A stretch of DNA of 60,464 nucleotides, taken from NCBI GenBank assembly GCA_946406925.1, contig CAMJMF010000001.1:1-60464 (forward strand), written 5' to 3'. Made by a program: the position numbers and the translations under genes. A model generated the notes under the pieces. The model made no database searches. It was not told the origin of the DNA and saw nothing but the letters and a program-made list of their open reading frames with translations. Positions 15,161 through 24,570 of the stretch are shown here, piece by piece (the stretch's first letter is position 1; each line of letters begins with the position of its first letter). This stretch comes from an uncultured Spirochaetales bacterium. Its GTDB lineage: Bacteria > Spirochaetota > Spirochaetia > Treponematales > Treponemataceae.

Positions 15161-15904
15161 ATGAATCCAAAAACAAAGGCAGAACTTGCCGCAATGATTG
15201 ACCATACACAGCTCAAGGCTGCCGCTACAGAAGCAGATATTCTCAAGCTTTGCAACGAGGCTGTTGAGAATTCTTTTGCGTCTGTCTGCGTTAATCCTGT
15301 GTGGGTGCCGTTTGCTTTTTCTAAGCTTAACGGCACAGGCGTTAAGGTCTGCACAGTAATCGGCTTTCCTCTTGGTGCAAACGCTTCTTACATAAAGGCT
15401 GAAGAAGCAAAACATGCTGTGCTTCAGGGTGCAGAAGAAGTTGACATGGTTATCAATGTTGGTTTTGCAAAAGCCCATAATTACAAGGCTGTTCAAGAAG
15501 ATATAGAAGCTGTTGTAAAAGCCGCCCATGATGCCGAAAGAACGCAGGGCTATAAAGCTTTGGTAAAAGTAATTATAGAAACATGCTATCTTACAGACGA
15601 AGAAAAAATTGCTGTCTGCAAGGCTGCAAAAAAAGCTGGTGCAGATTTTGTAAAGACTTCAACAGGTTTCGGCACGCCGGGCAAGAACGCTGACGGCAGC
15701 GCTATTCCTAATGGTGCAACCGTTCACGATGTTGCGCTTATGAGAAAGACAGTGGACGAAGCTGAGCCGGCTGATGTTCATGTTTTTGTAAAAGCTTCAG
15801 GTGGAATCCGCGACACAAAGACTGCGCTTGATATGGTTGCTGCCGGTGCAGACCGCCTTGGCGTTTCAGCAGGCATTGCCATTGTCACAGGCTTTACAGA
15901 GTAG
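15161..15904 (+). CDS. deoC: deoxyribose-phosphate aldolase
   Basis: 247 aa. IDHTQLK, VCVNP and Schiff-base lysine context [14 protein letters not shown] upstream. Confidence 0.85.
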   Translation: MNPKTKAELAAMIDHTQLKAAATEADILKLCNEAVENSFASVCVNPVWVPFAFSKLNGTGVKVCTVIGFPLGANASYIKAEEAKHAVLQGAEEVDMVINVGFAKAHNYKAVQEDIEAVVKAAHDAERTQGYKALVKVIIETCYLTDEEKIAVCKAAKKAGADFVKTSTGFGTPGKNADGSAIPNGATVHDVALMRKTVDEAEPADVHVFVKASGGIRDTKTALDMVAAGADRLGVSAGIAIVTGFTE

Positions 15905-15921
15905 CGCTGCAAACCCGGCGA

Positions 15922-15951
15922 TTGACATAAGCAACACTTAATAACTATAAT
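15922..15951 (+). promoter_or_regulatory. promoter of the thiC leader
   Basis: TTGACA (15922-15927), 18-nt spacer, TATAAT (15946-15951). Confidence 0.6.
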
Positions 15952-15954
15952 CGC

Positions 15955-16045
15955 TAGACGAAAAGGGGAGCTGGCATATGCCGGCTGAGAGTAGGAGTTT
16001 CCTTTACCCATAGAACCTGTTTGGATAATTCCAGCGTAGGGATAT
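15955..16045 (+). promoter_or_regulatory. TPP (THI-box) riboswitch
   Basis: GGGGAGC (15965), CTGAGA (15985-15990), ACCC, AACCTG, GGATAAT and CCAGCGTAGGGA (16031-16042), in the canonical order, directly upstream of thiC. Confidence 0.85.
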
Positions 16046-16107
16046 AAATAATTACTTTCTTGTAATTTTTGTACGACTTTTGACGCGGAATTTACAAGGA
16101 AGAAAAA

Positions 16108-17415
16108 GTGAATTACACAACTCAAATGGATGCCGCACGCAAAGGCATCATCACACCACAAATGAAAGTAGTAGCACAGAAGGAATACATGGACGAAGAA
16201 AAGCTTCGTGACCTTGTAGCCAAAGGACAGGTTGCAATCTGTGCTAACAAAAAACACAAATGTCTTAACCCTGAAGGCGTGGGCAGCATGCTCAAAACCA
16301 AAATCAACGCAAATATCGGAATCAGCCGCGACTGCAAAGATTATGACATTGAAATGCAGAAAGTCTTGAGCGCCGTCAGACTTGGTGCTGATGCAATCAT
16401 GGATCTTTCAAGCCACGGCAATACCGAGCCTTTCCGCAAAAAGCTTGTTGACGAATGTCCCTGCATGATTGGAACAGTTCCTGTTTATGATTCTGTTATT
16501 CATTATCAGAGAGATCTTGCAACATTAACCGCAAAAGATTTTGTTGATGTTGTAAGGCTTCATGCTGAAAACGGCGTAGACTTTGTTACGCTTCACTGCG
16601 GAATAACACGCAAGACAATAGAACAGATTAAAAATCAGAAACGCAAGATGAATATTGTAAGCCGCGGCGGAAGCCTTGTTTTTGCATGGATGAGCATGAC
16701 CGGCAACGAGAACCCGTTCTATGAGCATTATGATGAGATTCTTGATATCTGCGAAGAATACGATGTGACAATTTCGCTCGGCGATGCATGCCGTCCGGGC
16801 TGCCTTGCTGATGCGACTGATGTCTGCCAGATTGAAGAGCTTGTGCGGCTGGGTGAACTTACAGAACGTGCATGGGCGCACAATGTTCAGGTAATGGTAG
16901 AAGGCCCCGGTCACGTTCCGCTGAACCAGGTTGCCGCAAACATGGAAGTACAGAAAACTTTGTGCAAGGGCGCGCCGTTTTATGTGCTTGGTCCGCTGGT
17001 AACAGACATTGCCCCTGGCTATGACCATATTACTGCTGCAATTGGCGGCGCGGTTGCAGCTATGAGCGGCGCAAGCTTTTTGTGCTATGTAACTCCGGCA
17101 GAGCATCTCGCGCTCCCGAATGTTGAAGACGTAAAACAGGGCATAATTGCTTCTAAAATTGCGGCTCATGCAGCAGACATTGCAAAGAGCATTCCGCATG
17201 CACGCGATATAGACGACAAAATGGCAGACGCACGCCGTAACCTTGACTGGGACAAGCAGTTTGAGTGCGCGCTCGACGCTGAAACCGCTAGACGTATCCG
17301 CGACAGCCGCAAGCCTGAAGACGACCACAGCGACACATGCAGCATGTGCGGCAAATTCTGTGCCGTCCGCAGCATGAATAAAGCCCTCAACAGCGAATAC
17401 ATCGATATTCTTTGA
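16108..17415 (+). CDS. thiC: phosphomethylpyrimidine synthase
   Basis: 435 aa, GTG start. [17 protein letters not shown]-terminus typical of short anaerobe ThiC. C-terminal CSMCGKFCA radical-SAM cluster motif. Confidence 0.9.
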   Translation: MNYTTQMDAARKGIITPQMKVVAQKEYMDEEKLRDLVAKGQVAICANKKHKCLNPEGVGSMLKTKINANIGISRDCKDYDIEMQKVLSAVRLGADAIMDLSSHGNTEPFRKKLVDECPCMIGTVPVYDSVIHYQRDLATLTAKDFVDVVRLHAENGVDFVTLHCGITRKTIEQIKNQKRKMNIVSRGGSLVFAWMSMTGNENPFYEHYDEILDICEEYDVTISLGDACRPGCLADATDVCQIEELVRLGELTERAWAHNVQVMVEGPGHVPLNQVAANMEVQKTLCKGAPFYVLGPLVTDIAPGYDHITAAIGGAVAAMSGASFLCYVTPAEHLALPNVEDVKQGIIASKIAAHAADIAKSIPHARDIDDKMADARRNLDWDKQFECALDAETARRIRDSRKPEDDHSDTCSMCGKFCAVRSMNKALNSEYIDIL

Positions 17416-17439
17416 TTAGTGTGCTAGTTATTAGCAGAA

Positions 17440-17868
17440 TCAGGCGTCTTGCGGGCTTTTTTTCAAAAGCTTGAGGACGCCTTCTTTTGCAGACTTCCAA
17501 TAGTCTTTGATAAAATTTATCAGCGTAAAGATATACGCTGATACGGCACAGACTGAAACTATGATTGTGATTGTCTGATAAAGTGCTTTTTTTTCATCAT
17601 TGTAAGCACCAAAAAATATTAACAAGGCGAGAAGCAGGGCAATACTAAGCAGATTTAAAAAAGCAAACGAAAGCTTGTAGCGAATTTTGACCGGCACGCC
17701 TGTTACAAGCACAAGAATGTTAAAGCCCCAGAAAGTCCACATAAACGCAATGAACGGAAACGCAAGCAACGCCGCATGAAACAGCGAAACAGCAAGTACA
17801 AAGCCTGCAACCGAGAAAACAAAAAACTGAATTATGCTAATGATTAACGCTTTTATTCTGACTGACAT
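17440..17868 (-). CDS. polytopic membrane protein, function unknown
   Basis: 142 aa, four hydrophobic helices, no recognisable motif. Confidence 0.5.
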   Translation of the reverse strand: MSVRIKALIISIIQFFVFSVAGFVLAVSLFHAALLAFPFIAFMWTFWGFNILVLVTGVPVKIRYKLSFAFLNLLSIALLLALLIFFGAYNDEKKALYQTITIIVSVCAVSAYIFTLINFIKDYWKSAKEGVLKLLKKSPQDA

Positions 17869-17999
17869 GTTATTCCGTTTATGCTGTCAGTCTATTCTGT
17901 AAAATGCTTTTGTGCAACTATGGCGTGGTGCAGCTGGGGTATGTTGAGAAAAATGCGCTTTGTTCTGCCGTTTCAGGCTGACGGAAGGGGTGGGCTTGT

Positions 18000-18692
18000 T
18001 TACAGTTCCAGCTCAAGCACAGTCTGAAGTTCTTCTTCCATGTTTTCGGGATCTGAGCAGTACATTACGTCAAATTCATACCTAGATTTGCCGGTCTTTC
18101 TTATGTCGTCAATTCTGGTGTAATTTGCGTTGATGCCTTTGCTTTTTAATTCTTCTACACTGTCAAAAGCTTTTATTTCTGTGCCGCTGGAATAATTATA
18201 GAAGACAACTTCTGGATCTCCGTAAAAATATGATGCGCCGATCAGGATATTGTCTTCCTGGTCTTCAAATGGAAGAAAAGCATTTATAGTTTTTTCAACA
18301 GCAAGGTTGCTGTAATTTCTATATTCAAAGTTTGTGCCGCCGCCGGTTGTTGCCCAGACATAAATAAGATAATCTTCAGTCCATCTTACGCCGGAACATG
18401 CCCAGCCTGGTTCGCATTCAGCAATAATTTTTCTGTGCGGCAAATCAAAGAGCGTAATCAAAAATGCCCTGCTTTTGTCAGGGCGGTGGTACACCAGCAT
18501 TTTCTTGCCGTCCGGCGAAACAAAAAAGTCAGAGATGAGTTCCCAGTTCTTAAAATTTGTAATCTGCCTGTTTCTGACATCAAAAATCTGCTTGTTATAA
18601 GTTTCGCCGTCAATCCGGTATTCTGTGTTTCTGGTGCAGGCAGATAAACTTAAGGCCGCCAGCACTATAAAAATCAGTCTTTTCATGTTCAT
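18000..18692 (-). CDS. lipoprotein, function unknown (possible beta-propeller-like)
   Basis: Start taken at the ATG at 18692. Signal peptide plus lipobox LSLSAC. SPDGKK-type motif. Immediately downstream of the GGDEF-EAL gene stop at 18701. Confidence 0.6.
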   Translation of the reverse strand: MNMKRLIFIVLAALSLSACTRNTEYRIDGETYNKQIFDVRNRQITNFKNWELISDFFVSPDGKKMLVYHRPDKSRAFLITLFDLPHRKIIAECEPGWACSGVRWTEDYLIYVWATTGGGTNFEYRNYSNLAVEKTINAFLPFEDQEDNILIGASYFYGDPEVVFYNYSSGTEIKAFDSVEELKSKGINANYTRIDDIRKTGKSRYEFDVMYCSDPENMEEELQTVLELEL

Positions 18693-18700
18693 AGAAATGC

Positions 18701-20428
18701 TCAAATAAGTTTTGCAGCTTCTTCAAGCGGCATAGGACGGCCCCAGTAATAGCCCTGAATATAGTCGCAGCCTGCATTTTGCAGCGTTTCAAGCTGTTCC
18801 GGCATTTCAACACCTTCAGAGATAACCTTAAAATTCAAGACGTGCCCGATAGAAATAATTGAGGCAACATACTGCTTTGATGAATCGCTGGAATTCATAG
18901 CATCAATAAACGATTTATCAATCTTGAGCGAATCAGCAGGAATTTTGTTGAGATAGCTCAAAGAAGAATAGCCTGTGCCGAAATCGTCAATCGCAATTTT
19001 CATGCCCATCTTCTTAATTTCGTTTATGCGCTCAAGGGCTTTTTCTTCAGAATCAATCATAATCGATTCAGTAATTTCAATTTCAAAATTACTTGCAGGA
19101 ATTCCGCTTGTATTTATGACATTTTTTATTTCAGCAATAAAGCTGTTTTTCATAAGGTGCCTTACAGAAACATTTATGCTCATAATAATGTCTGATTCTG
19201 AAGTTTTCAGAATGCCTTTTAGAAAAGCGGCGGCTTTTTTGAAAACCTGAATATCAACAAGGTCAATCAAGTCTGCTTTTTCTGCAACCGGAATAAACTC
19301 CTCAGGGCTGATGAATGTGCCGTTTGCGTCCTGCAGGCGTGCAAGTGCCTCAAAACCGCGCAGCTTATGCGAGGCATCATATTGCGGCTGAAGATAGCAG
19401 AGAATCATGTCATTGTTCAGAGCCGCGCGGATTTTCCGTTCTATTTCAAGATTCTGCTCTGTTTTCAAAAGGTCAGAAGAGAAGTGCAGAATGCTGTTGC
19501 TGCTGTTCTGTCGTTTTATTTCGTGCAGAGCCGCATCAGCGCAAGAAAACAGAGCATCAACACTATTTGCGTCACGTGGAAATTGCGCACAGCCGAAACA
19601 TGCGCTCATATAATAGTCGCAGTCATCAATAGTAATCGGTTTTTCAAGTTCTTCCTTATATGAATTGATGGTGTCAATAATGTCATTGGTGTTCTGAAAA
19701 GCCATAATTACCAGGGCAAATTCGTCACCGCCTAGACGCGCCACAAAATCGCCGGTCTGTGTCTGCTTAGAATCAGCAAGTGCCTTCCAGCGTGCGGCAA
19801 TTTCTATAAGCACTTTGTCGCCTATTTCGTGCCCCATTATGTCGTTTATGTTCTTAAAGTTGTTAAGGTCAATAGACACAATTGCAAAATCTACGCCGCT
19901 TTTCATAAAGACACGCATAAGCTCTTTGCAGGCAAAACGGTTCGGCAGCCCGGTAAGGCTGTCTGTTACAGCCTGATAGCGGAATCTTCCCTGATATTTT
20001 TCGATTACGCTTTTGTTTACGCAGATAATGATGCATGCGATAATTGTGAGAAGATTTGAAAATACGCCTGAAATGCTTGAGCTGTTATGATTAACAACAA
20101 ACTGAAATATTAGAAGTGGAAACTGAATCAAAAGAATTGCCATTGCGGTTATCAAGCCGGTTTTTCTGAAAAACACAACCAGAAAAATAATGCAGAGATT
20201 CGCAAGTGAAGAAAAAACGCCTGCAAAAGTTGCAACCGGAACAGTGCTTCCTAATATGGTTATGACATTATGGCTCATTGCAGTTTTCGTTAGAAAAAAC
20301 GAAACAACAAAGTATGTCAGAATTATAGCAGTAAATATCCATTTGGGAGATTCTCTTTTGTAATAAAGATTGGTCAATGATTTGTCTAGGTTTTTACTGA
20401 AGCTAGGAAAAAACTTGAGTTTTTTCAT
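18701..20428 (-). CDS. membrane-bound diguanylate cyclase/phosphodiesterase (GGDEF-EAL)
   Basis: Start at the ATG at 20428, 9 nt after AAGGAGG. About 5 N-terminal TM helices. RLGGDEFAL GGDEF motif. EAL domain (FEALARL, DDFGTGYSSL, KIDKSF). Confidence 0.85.
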   Translation of the reverse strand: MKKLKFFPSFSKNLDKSLTNLYYKRESPKWIFTAIILTYFVVSFFLTKTAMSHNVITILGSTVPVATFAGVFSSLANLCIIFLVVFFRKTGLITAMAILLIQFPLLIFQFVVNHNSSSISGVFSNLLTIIACIIICVNKSVIEKYQGRFRYQAVTDSLTGLPNRFACKELMRVFMKSGVDFAIVSIDLNNFKNINDIMGHEIGDKVLIEIAARWKALADSKQTQTGDFVARLGGDEFALVIMAFQNTNDIIDTINSYKEELEKPITIDDCDYYMSACFGCAQFPRDANSVDALFSCADAALHEIKRQNSSNSILHFSSDLLKTEQNLEIERKIRAALNNDMILCYLQPQYDASHKLRGFEALARLQDANGTFISPEEFIPVAEKADLIDLVDIQVFKKAAAFLKGILKTSESDIIMSINVSVRHLMKNSFIAEIKNVINTSGIPASNFEIEITESIMIDSEEKALERINEIKKMGMKIAIDDFGTGYSSLSYLNKIPADSLKIDKSFIDAMNSSDSSKQYVASIISIGHVLNFKVISEGVEMPEQLETLQNAGCDYIQGYYWGRPMPLEEAAKLI

Positions 20429-20620
20429 GTTCCACACCCTCCTTGGTAAACCGTAGAAAAGACTTGCCGTTCAACGATAACTTAGTTTTCATTATAACAC
20501 ATAAAAGTTTCATTGTGTCAAAAATCTCTAATTTTAAAGAAATTATTTTTTATAGTAATTATTCCAGATTTCTGCCGCGCGGAAATGGGCTTTTCAAAAA
20601 AAAATTCAAAAATTCTTTAA

Positions 20621-20670
20621 AAAAATGCATTTTTGTGCGTTAACGCACTAAATTTTAGTGCGTTAACACC
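20621..20670. promoter_or_regulatory. palindromic operator-like array
   Basis: AAAAATGCATTTTT (20621-20634, perfect palindrome), GTGCGTTAACGCAC (20635-20648, perfect palindrome), and a second copy GTGCGTTAACAC at 20658-20669. Confidence 0.45.
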
Positions 20671-20765
20671 ACCATCAGCTTTAAAAAATGTGATAGCTTT
20701 AATTGTAAGTTGAGGAAAACGCAGTTTCCGCAGACTTAAACAAAGCCTTAATCGGAGGTCTTTTT

Positions 20766-21098
20766 ATGAACAGAGTATTCAAAATATTTTCCATCGTTGT
20801 GATTTTTTTCATGCTGACGGCAAATTTGGTATTCACACAAGAAAAAGACAGCCGCAGCCAGATTGACCTTTTTATGAAGGAATACGAAAAGTTTGTGGTT
20901 AAGGCTGAAAAAGAGGCTGAGAAGGGCGACATGGCGGCTCTGATGAATCTCAATGCAGAAGCTTCTAAATTTGCCGAAAAGACCAGCGGTCTTAATGATA
21001 CAAGCGACTGGAACATGTCTGATTCGCAGAAGTATCAGGCTCTTACCAACCGCTATAACGAAGCACTTACAAAATTCAGCAATTCACTGAATTTTTAA
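20766..21098 (+). CDS. small secreted helical protein
   Basis: 110 aa. Strong SD GGAGG 8 nt upstream. Signal peptide, then a Lys/Glu-rich helical sequence. Confidence 0.6.
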   Translation: MNRVFKIFSIVVIFFMLTANLVFTQEKDSRSQIDLFMKEYEKFVVKAEKEAEKGDMAALMNLNAEASKFAEKTSGLNDTSDWNMSDSQKYQALTNRYNEALTKFSNSLNF

Positions 21099-21181
21099 GA
21101 TATTCCCGTTTGGCTTTTGCCATATTCGGTTTTAGATTAGTGCGCATTTATCTGCTTGAATAAATGTGCAAAGGAAATAGA

Positions 21182-21616
21182 ATGAGTATTACAGAGTGTT
21201 TTACCAATGAATTGCCTGAATGCAAAAAGCAGCTCAATATAAGAAAGAACATGCCGTCTTATGATTATCTGGACAGCGTAAAAACTTATAATCTTGAAAT
21301 TTGCGAGGACGAGAATTCTGACGGTACTGAAAATTATATGTGGTCGCTTGTGAACCCGCATTCAAACGGTTTTTGCGAGGTGCATGAAAAGCCTGTTTCA
21401 ATGAACAACCCGAAAGTGACACTCGTTCCGAGCCTTGATACAAGATCCTGTACAGTGACCGTTGATCCGGGCAGCCTTTTCCGCACAGCAAGCTCTATTA
21501 CAGTTTATGTATGGAATGCAGATGAGCCTGCAGAAATGTATGATTTTGAGGCTGGTGCTGAAGAACGCCGGACTTCAAAAATCAGTGTTTCTGAAATTTA
21601 TGTGTTCAAAAAATAG
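21182..21616 (+). CDS. hypothetical cytoplasmic protein
   Basis: Start taken at the second ATG (21182), preceded by AAAGGAAA. No recognisable motif. Confidence 0.5.
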   Translation: MSITECFTNELPECKKQLNIRKNMPSYDYLDSVKTYNLEICEDENSDGTENYMWSLVNPHSNGFCEVHEKPVSMNNPKVTLVPSLDTRSCTVTVDPGSLFRTASSITVYVWNADEPAEMYDFEAGAEERRTSKISVSEIYVFKK

Positions 21617-21694
21617 TTCATTTTTTTGTGAATGAACAATACAAGTTTGGATATTTATGATAATATCTTAGATAAGGTAATAAAGGATTTGATT

Positions 21695-22318
21695 ATGAAT
21701 TTTGAAAAGAACAAATTGATTCGTCTTTGCATTGTTTTTATAGCTGCAGAAGCAATAAACTTTATCTGTGCGTTTTTATTCTGCAAGTTTGGGCATATTC
21801 CGCTTTTTCTGGATACAATCGGAACTGTTGCTGCAGTATTCTACGCAGGCTTTTGGCCGGGCGTTATTGTTGCCGCACTCTATAATGTTCTGTGGGTATT
21901 GCTGACTGTTGTGTTTGCAAAAGCGCCGTTTTATCCATGGGATATGATTTATGCGCTGTGCGGCATTGCAATAGCTGTTACAACCTGGCTGTTCGCCCGC
22001 AAAAAAGAAAACTTTCAGATGAGCAGAGTGATTACAGTGCTTTATCTTGTGCTGATTGCGCTTGTGTCTGCCTTTGCCTCTAGTCTTATAGGCGGCATAA
22101 TTGAAACGGTAAACCGCATACATTTGGGAAACCCTGTGTATGAGAGCAGTGTGCTTGATAATATTTTGAAAGCTTTTCTAGGCGAGAATTTTGGAACTTT
22201 GGTTTCATGCATTGTTGTCCGCATTCCAATTACAGTGCTTGACAGGCTGATCTGCACCTTTGCAGGTTTTGCCCTGTACCGGCTGCTGCCGTCTGCAAAA
22301 GAGGAATATGATGCCTGA
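21695..22318 (+). CDS. polytopic membrane protein (ECF S-component-like), first gene of a three-gene sensor operon
   Basis: PLFLDTIGTVAAVFYAGFWPG motif and 5-6 TM helices. ATG at 21695 follows AAAGGA; an alternative ATG at 21632 has no SD. Its 3' end overlaps the kinase start by 11 nt. Confidence 0.55.
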   Translation: MNFEKNKLIRLCIVFIAAEAINFICAFLFCKFGHIPLFLDTIGTVAAVFYAGFWPGVIVAALYNVLWVLLTVVFAKAPFYPWDMIYALCGIAIAVTTWLFARKKENFQMSRVITVLYLVLIALVSAFASSLIGGIIETVNRIHLGNPVYESSVLDNILKAFLGENFGTLVSCIVVRIPITVLDRLICTFAGFALYRLLPSAKEEYDA

Positions 22319-23132
22319 CATAACAACACTTCCGGCATATATTGACTCACCTGAAGAAATGTTGAACCTGCTTCACACATTTATTTCTTTTTTCTTTTTG
22401 CTGGGCATTTTCAGTTTTGTTGTTCTCATTGCAGTAATTGTTACGCTTATTCTGCTTTTAAAGTCTAAGGCACGCGAAAAAGAAACCGGAAAATACATTT
22501 ATCATGTTATTCAGGCTCAGGAAGAAGAACGCGCCCGCATTTCATCTGAACTGCATGACACTGTGGCTCAAGATCTGCGTGCCGCGCTTTCTACAACAAA
22601 AGATGAGAATACAGCCGGAATAATCCGGAGCTGCATCAGCTCTATACGCTCGTTGTGCTATAATCTTGCGCCGCCTGATATTGATGTGCAGAATCTGTCT
22701 TCCGCAATCCAAGATTTGTGCATCGGCTTCCGCGATGAATCTAATCTTGATGTTTCGCTTGCTATCAGAAGTGAGGCTTTAGACATTCTGAATTCGCCGG
22801 TGCTGCCGAATACGCAGAAACTTAATATTTACCGCATAGTCCAGGAATCCTTGTTTAATGTGCAGAAGCACGCGCACGCAGAAGAAGTTTCTGTTATTAT
22901 CAGACGCGAAGTCCGGCAGGAAACACAGGGACTTTATATCTGCATTGTAGATAATGGTCATGGTTTTGACGCAGGGCATGTTGCTGCACCGAATAAAGCC
23001 GGAAACTTCGGCATTAAGGGCATGAAGCAGCGTGCAACACTGCTCAACGGAACGCTTTCAGTTCAGTCGGACATAGATTTTGGTTCGACTGTAACGCTCT
23101 TTGTTCCGCTCAACACATTCAGTCAGGCATAA
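22308..23132 (+). CDS. NarL/LiaS-type sensor histidine kinase (HisKA_3) with one TM region and no sensory domain
   Basis: H-box EEERARISSELHDTVAQDL. N-box QESLFNVQKHA. G-box DNGHGF...GIKGM. Only one hydrophobic stretch (FFFLLGIFSFVVLIAVIVTLILLL). Confidence 0.8.
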   Translation: MMPDITTLPAYIDSPEEMLNLLHTFISFFFLLGIFSFVVLIAVIVTLILLLKSKAREKETGKYIYHVIQAQEEERARISSELHDTVAQDLRAALSTTKDENTAGIIRSCISSIRSLCYNLAPPDIDVQNLSSAIQDLCIGFRDESNLDVSLAIRSEALDILNSPVLPNTQKLNIYRIVQESLFNVQKHAHAEEVSVIIRREVRQETQGLYICIVDNGHGFDAGHVAAPNKAGNFGIKGMKQRATLLNGTLSVQSDIDFGSTVTLFVPLNTFSQA

Positions 23133-23147
23133 AAAAAGGAACAAATT

Positions 23148-23774
23148 ATGGAAAAGTCATTTTTTCTTGTTGAGGATCATTCTTTGATGCGGCAGGGCAT
23201 TGTAACTTATCTTGCAAAGAACAGCGAATTTACCTGTGCTGGTGTTGCGGGTTCATCGCAGGAATTTCTTGTAGCAATGTCGCAGGGCGGGGCATCTTGT
23301 CTGCCAGATGTGCTTATAACAGACCTCAATATTGACGGCAGCATGAACGACGGAATTCAGCTTATTCAGACATGCCGCAGAAAGTTTCCTTCTATTAAAA
23401 TTGTTGTGTACTCTATGTATGCTGCCGCCAGCGTGGTCAGCACCGCAATGAATTCTGGCGCAGACGCCTATGTTTCAAAGCTCAGCAATGAAGAAGAGCT
23501 TGTTATTGCGTTAAAGCGTGTTTTTGCAGGCAAAACCTATATTGATTCGGCAATTTCTTCTCAGCTGGTAGATTACGAGCGCTCGCTTTCAATATTTACG
23601 CATAGAGAGCTTGAAATATTGAATTTTATCCTTATGGGAAATTCAAACTCTGTTATTTCTGATACGCTTGATTTAAGCAAGCGCTCTGTTGAGAATTACA
23701 TAAGCCGCATCTACGACAAAACGGGCTTTTCTTCAAAAGAAGAGCTGATAGCCCATTTTGGCCGCATAGACTGA
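23148..23774 (+). CDS. LuxR/NarL-family response regulator
   Basis: Receiver domain (VLITDLNIDG) plus C-terminal LuxR HTH (REL.IL......SN..I...L.LS..SVENYISRIY). Confidence 0.85.
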   Translation: MEKSFFLVEDHSLMRQGIVTYLAKNSEFTCAGVAGSSQEFLVAMSQGGASCLPDVLITDLNIDGSMNDGIQLIQTCRRKFPSIKIVVYSMYAAASVVSTAMNSGADAYVSKLSNEEELVIALKRVFAGKTYIDSAISSQLVDYERSLSIFTHRELEILNFILMGNSNSVISDTLDLSKRSVENYISRIYDKTGFSSKEELIAHFGRID

Positions 23775-23794
23775 TACGGCTTGTAAAGCAGCAT

Positions 23795-24535
23795 TTAGCC
23801 GTAAATTGTACAATAATATTGCGTAATGCTTTTTACCTTGCCGTTGCTCCAATACTCATATTCATAGAAATCTTCGTATTCTGCCTCTGAATCAATTTCA
23901 ATGCGGTAAAGCAATTTGCCGTCTTTAGTATAAGCATACTCAATCGTAGTTCCGTCAGAATAGCGTTCGCCTATAAGATTGCCGGCAGCATCATAAGTAT
24001 AGTCTACAGCAGAACCCATTTCAGGTTCCATGTGAATTTTGCGGTTCTGCTCATCGTAGTAATACCATTGTACCTCGATTATGGCATCGCCTTCGATGTC
24101 GTGCTCTTCATATTTGATCAAATTTCCGTTTTCGTCATAGAAATAATGATGTTCAAGAAAGTTGTTGTTTTTTTCAAGTAAAAGCCTGCCTTTTTCATCG
24201 TATGAATACCAGAGCTCATAGCCTTCACTGTCTTTTGTATGAATCAGGCTGCCTTTTTTATCATATTCATAGTTTATTTCATAATCATACGAATTCTCAA
24301 AATGAATGAGTCTGCCTTTTTTGTCGTATTTATAGGTTTCTTGAGGGCCCCGCGCGGTTTCTGCGCTTATAAGTCTGCCGTTTTTATCGTATTCTTCTAT
24401 TCTCATCAGCTCCACATCTCTTGTAAGTGTGCCTTTTCCCGGAATGTCAAAACTCATCTCGTAGGCTGAAAGGAACAATGATGCACATATCCAAAGAAAA
24501 GCAAAAGCTGCTGTTTTTTTCTGAAAATTAATCAT
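23795..24535 (-). CDS. small secreted YD/RHS-repeat protein
   Basis: 246 aa. Signal peptide, then about 8 YD repeats (YDKNGRLI, YDKKGRLI, YDKKGSLI, YDEKGRLL, YDENGNLI, YDAAGNLI, TKDGKLL). Confidence 0.7.
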   Translation of the reverse strand: MINFQKKTAAFAFLWICASLFLSAYEMSFDIPGKGTLTRDVELMRIEEYDKNGRLISAETARGPQETYKYDKKGRLIHFENSYDYEINYEYDKKGSLIHTKDSEGYELWYSYDEKGRLLLEKNNNFLEHHYFYDENGNLIKYEEHDIEGDAIIEVQWYYYDEQNRKIHMEPEMGSAVDYTYDAAGNLIGERYSDGTTIEYAYTKDGKLLYRIEIDSEAEYEDFYEYEYWSNGKVKSITQYYCTIYG

Positions 24536-24570
24536 AAGTCTAAAACTCCTTTAATTGTTCTTCAAATTGT

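Noticed and set aside
15778-16257. 159-aa minus-strand ORF spanning the deoC 3' end, the TPP riboswitch and the thiC 5' end.
   Set aside because: It overlaps two well-supported genes and a canonical riboswitch on the other strand, and it has no motif. The same reasoning applies to the other nested or antisense ORFs inside homology-supported genes, for example 16525-17328, 29073-29534, 42062-42622 and 59222-59836.
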